Shown one piece after another: positions 49,224-56,060 of a stretch of DNA of 64,000 nucleotides (position 1 is the stretch's first letter; each line of letters begins with the position of its first letter). The position numbers were made by a program, and so were the translations under genes. The notes beneath the pieces were generated by a model, which did no database searches, was not told where the DNA came from, and saw only the letters and a list, made by a program, of their open reading frames with translations. Source of the stretch: Acholeplasmatales bacterium (GTDB taxonomy: Bacteria; Bacillota_I; Bacilli_A; Acholeplasmatales; Anaeroplasmataceae); NCBI GenBank assembly GCA_900770055.1, contig CAAGJD010000129.1, forward strand, positions 10,060 to 74,059, written 5' to 3'.

Positions 49224-49578
49224 ACAAATAAACTGTTATAAATATAGCTATTCCTGTAAATATGCTATATATACCAAACATTGAATAATTATCTACTGGA
49301 ATACCTACATATACATCATATACATTTATTAGGTTTATACCTAAAGCATAGTGTATAGGCATTCTATGATATCCACAAAACTTAAATACATAAGATGAAA
49401 CATATAAAAATAGAAAAAACATTAGGTAAACTATGTAATTAACTAGTGTAGAACATATATCTATATAATCTAATATTGTAGATAAAATATAAAGTGCTGC
49501 TATAACAAATGGCAGCACTTTAATAATTACTATCTCTAATTTGTATAAGTTACTTTTTAAGTTTCCCTCCGCAGCCAT
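49180..49578 (-). CDS. Small integral membrane protein (about 4 TM segments)
   Basis: Four hydrophobic stretches; FKFCGYHRMP loop; overlaps the HTH gene. Confidence 0.7.
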   Translation of the reverse strand: MAAEGNLKSNLYKLEIVIIKVLPFVIAALYILSTILDYIDICSTLVNYIVYLMFFLFLYVSSYVFKFCGYHRMPIHYALGINLINVYDVYVGIPVDNYSMFGIYSIFTGIAIFITVYLYVRSYKKSTNKDNR

Positions 49579-49639
49579 ATCTTCTACTTTTGCTTATACC
49601 TGCTTTTACAGTATTAGGTTTTCTTCTCCCTCTAACCAT
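49550..49639 (-). CDS. Basic micro-peptide MVRGRRKPNTVKAGISKSRRYGCGGKLKK (29 aa)
   Basis: ATG with an A-rich leader, TAA stop, fills the operon gap and carries the xxGG motif. Confidence 0.55.
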   Translation of the reverse strand: MVRGRRKPNTVKAGISKSRRYGCGGKLKK

Positions 49640-49659
49640 AGTTATTAAATTTTAATTTG

Positions 49660-49713
49660 TTATTTATTCTTTTTACCCTTACCTTTTCCTTTACAACCAC
49701 ATTTCTTTGCCAT
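49660..49713 (-). CDS. Basic micro-peptide MAKKCGCKGKGKGKKNK (17 aa)
   Basis: ATG two bases after the endolysin-candidate stop; strongly biased K/G/C composition. Confidence 0.5.
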   Translation of the reverse strand: MAKKCGCKGKGKGKKNK

Positions 49714-49715
49714 AA

Positions 49716-50192
49716 CTATAAAATTTTAATTGTTATTTTTTCACCTTTATCATGCTTGTCTTTAAGGAGTTTATATAGCTCTTTAAAAGTTTCTTTGCTA
49801 TTTATTACCTGACCCCTAACTTTATTTAATCCCACTAGCAAACATCCAGCTGAATCCTTGTCAGTATTTCCTGCATGTATAAGTATTCCTTCAAACCCCT
49901 TTACATTAAGTAGTCTTGGTACTTTGCCATTACATACTTGCTTGTAAAAACTATTAGTACTGTACTTAGGAGAAATTACATTTAATGTAATCTCATAAGT
50001 ACCCTTTGGAATAGCCGTGATTGATGGCTTCTTTAATTCCAAAATCTTATTTAGATTCATAGAATCATCTAATCCTCTATCAGCATCCTCAAGTACATTA
50101 CAGAACCACTTACCATCAATAGTAAGATTACTTATTGTGTAGCTCTGTTTTTTCCACTTTCTGTCTACTACTAATTCCATTTTGTTCTTCAA
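49716..50192 (-). CDS. DUF5675-like protein, candidate endolysin (His/Cys, YkuD-like); the start may be 50180
   Basis: F.N.LED..R; TAIPKGTY; GILIHAGN..KDSAGCLLVG. Confidence 0.7.
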   Translation of the reverse strand: MKNKMELVVDRKWKKQSYTISNLTIDGKWFCNVLEDADRGLDDSMNLNKILELKKPSITAIPKGTYEITLNVISPKYSTNSFYKQVCNGKVPRLLNVKGFEGILIHAGNTDKDSAGCLLVGLNKVRGQVINSKETFKELYKLLKDKHDKGEKITIKIL

Positions 50193-50505
50193 ATAAATTA
50201 AAAGTTTTCTTTCTCATTTGACAAGCCATGTTCATACATGTATAAGTCATTAAAGTATTTACTTGTTTTCTAAGTTCCTTTAATTCCTCTTCAAGACCCT
50301 CATTTCTTTTAATCATCAAATCAAGTCTACTTCTATTATCATCAGAAAGTTTTTTATAAAACTCTAAAGACTCATTCATATTATGAATAATGTTCTCATC
50401 AACTTCTGCACTATATTTCTTTCTAGTAAAAAACCAAGAAACCCAAGCAGATACAAATGATGTAATTATACCAAGTATTGCAGTAACTATTACTTCAGAA
50501 CCCAT
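50128..50505 (-). CDS. Putative holin (one N-terminal TM plus a coiled coil)
   Basis: VIVTAILGIITSFVSAWVSWFF-TRKK; lies between the spanin and endolysin candidates. Confidence 0.55.
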   Translation of the reverse strand: MGSEVIVTAILGIITSFVSAWVSWFFTRKKYSAEVDENIIHNMNESLEFYKKLSDDNRSRLDLMIKRNEGLEEELKELRKQVNTLMTYTCMNMACQMRKKTFNLFEEQNGISSRQKVEKTELHNK

Positions 50506-50879
50506 GATTTTATTAGCATTATTAATTTATAACTAAAAAATAAAATTAATGCTCCTCCCAATATCATAAGAGAGACTTGATAGTCTTTCAATTTATTAAC
50601 TTCTTTAATTGTTTCTACTTTTTGTATTTTGGGAATAGTATCTATTTTTAGTATGGTATCTCTTACTTCCTTTATTTTATATATAGTTTTATATTTACTA
50701 CAAAATATAGTATCACCAATTTCTTTTATAAATATACTATCTTTCTCTATAAAAGTATCTACTTTTTCATTAGTAATATACTTAGTTTTTATTGTTTCAA
50801 TAGGAACTTCTATATATTTTGTTGTAGTACAAGCTATAAAGGAAAGTAATAATAAAAAGATTAATATTAAATTCTTCAT
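50490..50879 (-). CDS. Lipoprotein with a C-terminal TM, candidate unimolecular spanin
   Basis: Signal peptide with lipobox FIAC; beta-rich D-T/S-I repeats; C-terminal hydrophobic helix. Confidence 0.6.
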   Translation of the reverse strand: MKNLILIFLLLLSFIACTTTKYIEVPIETIKTKYITNEKVDTFIEKDSIFIKEIGDTIFCSKYKTIYKIKEVRDTILKIDTIPKIQKVETIKEVNKLKDYQVSLMILGGALILFFSYKLIMLIKSWVLK

Positions 50880-50902
50880 ATATGTTATATTAATAATATT
50901 TA

Positions 50903-50935
50903 GAAAAGAATGCCCCCTGTATTGCTACAGGGAGC
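50903..50935 (-). terminator. Probable intrinsic terminator after the fibre operon
   Basis: CCCTGTA/TACAGGG stem followed by ATTCTTTT on the - strand. Confidence 0.6.
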
Positions 50936-50976
50936 TTATTAGGTAGTATTAACTTCCTAATATTACAGAAATAGTA

Positions 50977-51909
50977 TTAACTTCTTCTGTTAAAAGAGGT
51001 AGTAATAACTCCCTCTTGTATATCTTTATTATAATGAAAATATTTTATATTATAGTAGAGTTTCTGACTCTCTACAGCTGCATCATCTTCATTATAAGTT
51101 ATACAAAGTGTAGGCCTTATATTTGCTCTTATAGGAACTATATTTGTTATAAATTCTTGAGTAGTTAAATCTATTGCTGCTATTCCAAAGATTATATTCG
51201 TAGATCCTGATAAATGATAAGGAATAGTAGCCTTACCATTTTGATAAATAAATGAATTATATTTAAGAGATACGTATTTAAATGAACTAGTTCCTCTATA
51301 ATTATTATATAATCTAAATGTATATCCATTTTGAAATATTATATCTGGAGCACCTTCAAAAGATACTGTGTAACCATCCTGAGTTAATAACCGTATTTTA
51401 GATTTATTTGTATATGGATGTGGTTCAATAAAATAACCTCTTATTGCATTATCAATTTGTGTAAAATCTGCTCTAAAATATTCTTCTCCATTTATTAAAG
51501 TGAAATTTCTATCAGAATCAATAGGTATACAATTATGGATATGAACTTCACCTTCAGCTATAACCTCTTGTAAAGTATAGTCTTGTCCATAGTTCCACAT
51601 ATTTACTGTTGAGGGATTATATCTGTATATCTTTAAAGGTGTCCACCTTTTATCTTGATAATACATTTTAGGAGTACTATTTAACTTATATTTTTTATCT
51701 CTTACTTTAAATAGCATAAAAGCAATATCATGTCCAGAAGATACTGCCTTTTTAGGTAAAAGCAGTTCATAAAAATATTGGATAAATTTACCAGTATCAG
51801 CCCATTCTGCTCTAACAGGCTTTAATACTAAAGGATATAATCTTTGAACAAAAATACTATTAATTTTCCTATAAAAATATTGAAGAGTATCTAAATTAAT
51901 TAACTTCAT
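50977..51909 (-). CDS. Putative fibre tip/adhesin protein
   Basis: N-terminus KLINLDTLQYFYRKI resembles that of the 552-aa fibre; beta- and aromatic-rich body. Confidence 0.5.
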   Translation of the reverse strand: MKLINLDTLQYFYRKINSIFVQRLYPLVLKPVRAEWADTGKFIQYFYELLLPKKAVSSGHDIAFMLFKVRDKKYKLNSTPKMYYQDKRWTPLKIYRYNPSTVNMWNYGQDYTLQEVIAEGEVHIHNCIPIDSDRNFTLINGEEYFRADFTQIDNAIRGYFIEPHPYTNKSKIRLLTQDGYTVSFEGAPDIIFQNGYTFRLYNNYRGTSSFKYVSLKYNSFIYQNGKATIPYHLSGSTNIIFGIAAIDLTTQEFITNIVPIRANIRPTLCITYNEDDAAVESQKLYYNIKYFHYNKDIQEGVITTSFNRRS

Positions 51910-51919
51910 AATTTAGTAT

Positions 51920-52486
51920 TTAATAAAAATCAACTTCATATATTGTCTTTTTATCTTTAATCATTTCACCTGTTATTTCTGGATTATGTAACTTTGCATA
52001 CTTATTTAAAGTCATAAATTTATTTTTCCATAATCTTTTTAGATTCCATGAAAAAGATTTTCCTATTATATAATACTCATAATTTAGCCCAATAAATGAA
52101 TTTTTATAGAAATCATTTCTTATTACTTCCCCAGTTTTCTTTATTGTTGCTATAACAAGACTGTTATCTATACTCTCAACAAGGTCTTTAAATCTTGATA
52201 TATTAGTTTCATTAGCACCCCGTTCAAGCATTATGCGGATTTTAGGATGGTATGCACCACAAAATCTATTTTTAAATTGTTTTGTGGTGTAAGCATACTC
52301 TCCTAATGTAACTAAACCATGAGCAAACCTTATTAAACCTTTTCTATCAAAATATATTCTCCAGTCCTTAAGATATGTACTATTCATGACAAATGGATTG
52401 TCTTGACATTTCCACAACCATTTGAACAAATTGAATATACGGTATCTCGGTTGTAGTAAAGTTGCAGTATTATGTAGTAATATCAT
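51920..52486 (-). CDS. PI-PLC-like (PLC-like phosphodiesterase) protein
   Basis: LHNT...KCQ...DWRIYFD.....FAHG...IRIMLE matches the HN(S/T)...Q...D.R...HG pattern of the PI-PLC X domain. Confidence 0.5.
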   Translation of the reverse strand: MILLHNTATLLQPRYRIFNLFKWLWKCQDNPFVMNSTYLKDWRIYFDRKGLIRFAHGLVTLGEYAYTTKQFKNRFCGAYHPKIRIMLERGANETNISRFKDLVESIDNSLVIATIKKTGEVIRNDFYKNSFIGLNYEYYIIGKSFSWNLKRLWKNKFMTLNKYAKLHNPEITGEMIKDKKTIYEVDFY

Positions 52487-52496
52487 ATATTAATTA

Positions 52497-54155
52497 TTAT
52501 GCTGCAAATATTGCATCTATTTCAGTATTTGTTGCTATAACAATTCCATCCAATTTAGTCTTGTCGGCTGCCGACATTACACCTGCCTGTGTTGATGTCG
52601 CTGCTGATATCGTCCTTTCTTTAGTCACTGGTTGATAACCGTCAGACGACCCACAATGATTTTGTTCAAACTCTAACGTTACTTTCGTCTCTTCATATAC
52701 AATGCTCGTGTCGCTTAATATATCCGCTGGTAATGTATCTGCTTTACCGTTGTCAATCAACTGCTCTTTCAGCAAGTCAAGTCTTGTCTTGTCTTCCTTA
52801 CTCATCAAGCCGTCAACACTCGTTGTTACTACACCATAAGTAGTGTCCCTTGCTGCAATCGTTATCTTATCATTAGTTGCATCAGGAGTGATAGTAACAT
52901 TAGTGCCTGCTACCAATGTCAAAGAGTCTGTCTTGCTGTCAGCGTCAATATTAGTACTGCCAACAGTAACCCTGCTGAAAGCGTTCTGGTTAACCTCTGC
53001 ACCTGCTGCTATACCTGTAAGTTTGCTCTTATCCTCTTTACTCATCAAACCGTTAGCTGATGTAGTAGCGGCTGAATAAGTAGTATCTTGTGCTGGTATC
53101 CCCAATGCTGTAATGTCCGCCTTTGTAACAGCTGCAACACTCGCCACATGCGATTGAGCGTCAGTACTTATCTTGTACAATCCTGCTGCCTTAGATGCTG
53201 CACTTCCTGTAGGGTGACTATAAGCATTTGCACCTGCTGCAATACCGTCTAATTTAGTCTTATCAGCAGCACTCATAAGACCATTAGCTGATGGAGTTGC
53301 TGCATTATAGGTAGTATTAGTATCTGTCCAAGGCACATTTACATAAGCATTTCCCGAAGAATCAACCTTTACTGCATAATTTTTACCAGCTGTAGTATAT
53401 CCTGTTTTTATAAAACCAAATTCTGAAGCACTTGATATATTGAAGTGCATTGAGTCAATTGGATTACTACTATCACCTGCATATAGCTTAAAATTTCTAT
53501 TTGAGCTATCAAATTCAAATGCAAGCGTACTCCAACCTTTGTTAGTTAAAATGTCTAGATCTGTACCATCTTTATGCTGTGGAGCTTCAACTAAACCAGC
53601 TGTACTATTTGTAAATGTAGGAATAGTTACTTGAACAGAATCTACACTAGGACCATTAAATTCTACAGTTGGGAAATTAATTGAACCAGAGGTAGTAGCA
53701 GTATTAAATACTGGTTTAGTAGTATTTTTAACATATAAAAATTCATAATCTTTAATACTTGTAATAGTATTACCTATATCCGAAACTTTACTTTGTACTC
53801 CTGACACAGTTTGCTCTAAAGTTCCTAAACCTTGTTCAAGTAAAAAACCCTTACTTCCTTCATAAGCAGTGCCCGGTGTCTCACCTAATGCTAATGATGC
53901 ACTTATCTCTACATAAGTTGTACCACCCCATCTGTAAGTCTTATTAGTGCTTGTGTCAACATAAATCTTACCTGTTTCGCCTGTTGTAGGAAATGAAGCT
54001 AAATTAGTAAATTCAAGAACATCATCAACATAGCTAGGTAAGTACTTTGAAGGTATTTTACTTGCACTGTCTAAAAAAGGAACAACAGTCTTTAACTTTT
54101 CATGGTAGTGTTTAAGCCTACCTAAATTAATTAATTTATCTTCAGTTATTGCCAT
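52497..54155 (-). CDS. Fibre protein with repeated DTTY..AT...NGLMS..DK.KL.G units
   Basis: Four repeats; also LPSYVDDVLE and YRWGGT.YVEIS..LALGET modules. Confidence 0.8.
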   Translation of the reverse strand: MAITEDKLINLGRLKHYHEKLKTVVPFLDSASKIPSKYLPSYVDDVLEFTNLASFPTTGETGKIYVDTSTNKTYRWGGTTYVEISASLALGETPGTAYEGSKGFLLEQGLGTLEQTVSGVQSKVSDIGNTITSIKDYEFLYVKNTTKPVFNTATTSGSINFPTVEFNGPSVDSVQVTIPTFTNSTAGLVEAPQHKDGTDLDILTNKGWSTLAFEFDSSNRNFKLYAGDSSNPIDSMHFNISSASEFGFIKTGYTTAGKNYAVKVDSSGNAYVNVPWTDTNTTYNAATPSANGLMSAADKTKLDGIAAGANAYSHPTGSAASKAAGLYKISTDAQSHVASVAAVTKADITALGIPAQDTTYSAATTSANGLMSKEDKSKLTGIAAGAEVNQNAFSRVTVGSTNIDADSKTDSLTLVAGTNVTITPDATNDKITIAARDTTYGVVTTSVDGLMSKEDKTRLDLLKEQLIDNGKADTLPADILSDTSIVYEETKVTLEFEQNHCGSSDGYQPVTKERTISAATSTQAGVMSAADKTKLDGIVIATNTEIDAIFAA

Positions 54156-54163
54156 TTTTTTAT

Positions 54164-54388
54164 TTAAAATAATTTATCAATATCAGTATCTAATGCCATA
54201 TTTAAATTTAGCATATACTCGCTAAATTCATCTATTGACAGTCTTTTATTTAAATTATTTTGTAAAAACACTATTTCATCTTCAAGTGTCATATGATCAG
54301 TTTTAGGAAACTCAGTATCTTTTATATATTCTGAATTTTTCTTTAACCAATCCTTTATATTATTGTAATCATTTTGTGTAAGTAACAT
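54164..54388 (-). CDS. Small putative fibre anchor/adaptor protein
   Basis: C-terminus DTDIDKLF resembles the fibre C-terminus NTEIDAIF. Confidence 0.5.
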   Translation of the reverse strand: MLLTQNDYNNIKDWLKKNSEYIKDTEFPKTDHMTLEDEIVFLQNNLNKRLSIDEFSEYMLNLNMALDTDIDKLF

Positions 54389-54390
54389 GA

Positions 54391-56058
54391 TTAAGAAATA
54401 GTTATTTGATGAAAATCAATACCATTATAATTACCATTTACTAAATAAGAAACAGTGTAAAATCCATACTTATAAGCCCTATCAATAAAATAATTACCTA
54501 TTGGAGAAGATAATATATAAGAGTAATCATAATCACCAGAATAATCTACTTTACTAGTTAAATATAAAGGTAATAAATGTCCAAATTTAGTTAGACGAAC
54601 CCATATAGCACCGAATAAAGAAGATTCATCATTATCAGGTGTATTACTACTAACTATCTCAAACAATTTATAAAAAATAGAACTCTCAATACCATTAATA
54701 TTGAAACCTTCTAGGTAAAAATCAGAAAATATTATATTCTTAACATTTTCTTCATCATTCTTTATACTTAGTAATTTAATAACTACACTATATTTTGTTT
54801 GGTCCTCACCATTAGTTATAGAGCACTCTATTATAGATTTAGTACCTTGAGTTCCCTCATTGAGTACTCTTGAATAATATGTAGAAGTAGTATCAGTTAC
54901 TGTTTCTCTGTATAAAGTATATTTAGTCTTTTTATTACTAGAATCTTTAACTGTTATTGTCATTGATAATGGCATATTAGGAGCAGGATAGTTTTTAACA
55001 TCATGAGACATTATTTTTCCTACATAGCTAATAGTTTCTTGAGTACCATTAATTAGAGCATTAAATTCTTCTTTAGTAATAGTTATGCCTCCAAATACTC
55101 TACTATTTACATACCATTTAGGTATAGCACCTGTATCTTCAAAACCTGATGATTGCGGAATTTTAAATAATACATGTTCTTTATTATCATTATCAGTATA
55201 AGTATAATGTATTACATGAGTATATCTACAATCAAAGTATGCCTCAGTATCTCCATTATCATAATCCATTAATCTAATATTAGATTTATTGCTTTTTAAC
55301 TCTAAAGCCTTCTTACCTACATTTGCATCATAATAATGATTAAGTACTTCTACTGTGCCAGAACTTAGTTTAAATCCAGTTTTTGTAGCTTTTATTTGGC
55401 AGTCATCTTTTCCCTCTATTAATATACTTTCTTCAGAGTTATCTCCTCCTAATTTAAAATTAGCTATTTTATTCCATATTTTACTACCACCATATGGACT
55501 ATTAATATATGAATAAGTTTCTAACTTAATTCCATCATCAGGAGAAACAAACATTTCAAATCTCCAATTTGGATTATTTGCAGTTCCACTTCTTAAATAC
55601 ACCTTTTTACCTCTTTCAATATCTAATCCTATTTTATCTGTAATTCCAGGAGCTACTTCAGTGTTACTATCTCCTATATGAAGTGTATTTAAATAATCAA
55701 AACTGGAGTCTGTCTCAAAAGTCATAAATGGATTAATCTCTAATCTATTCTGACCTGAAGATTTTCTATAATATCTCAAAAAGTCCTCTTTACCTCCATT
55801 ACCATCTGGTTTATATATTCTAATACCATTAGGTTTACTTTTTGAATTAAGAGTATAATATTTAGTATAAAGGTCTTGAGTATCTTTTAAAGATGTTATT
55901 TTTTTAATAATATCTTCAATATCCTCATCTTGTTCTTCATTTCTGTTTATAGGAGTCCAGCCTTTAGGAGAGTACCACATAAGATTATTACCATATTTTG
56001 GATTAAACCAAAGTACAGAAGTATCTACAGGTTCTATTATTGATTTGTATATTTTCAT
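54391..56058 (-). CDS. Putative fibre/spike-like protein (555 aa)
   Basis: EP.D..VLWF...GW N-terminal motif, a short coil and a beta-rich body; follows the portal gene. Confidence 0.5.
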   Translation of the reverse strand: MKIYKSIIEPVDTSVLWFNPKYGNNLMWYSPKGWTPINRNEEQDEDIEDIIKKITSLKDTQDLYTKYYTLNSKSKPNGIRIYKPDGNGGKEDFLRYYRKSSGQNRLEINPFMTFETDSSFDYLNTLHIGDSNTEVAPGITDKIGLDIERGKKVYLRSGTANNPNWRFEMFVSPDDGIKLETYSYINSPYGGSKIWNKIANFKLGGDNSEESILIEGKDDCQIKATKTGFKLSSGTVEVLNHYYDANVGKKALELKSNKSNIRLMDYDNGDTEAYFDCRYTHVIHYTYTDNDNKEHVLFKIPQSSGFEDTGAIPKWYVNSRVFGGITITKEEFNALINGTQETISYVGKIMSHDVKNYPAPNMPLSMTITVKDSSNKKTKYTLYRETVTDTTSTYYSRVLNEGTQGTKSIIECSITNGEDQTKYSVVIKLLSIKNDEENVKNIIFSDFYLEGFNINGIESSIFYKLFEIVSSNTPDNDESSLFGAIWVRLTKFGHLLPLYLTSKVDYSGDYDYSYILSSPIGNYFIDRAYKYGFYTVSYLVNGNYNGIDFHQITIS

Positions 56059-56060
56059 TT

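Noticed and set aside
48844..49284. 146-aa + strand ORF
   Set aside because: It is antisense to the HTH gene and crosses a terminator; the - strand gene has a clear motif
50977..56058. Diversity-generating retroelement or invertible locus acting on the fibre genes
   Set aside because: No reverse transcriptase, recombinase or template/variable repeat pair was seen in this window
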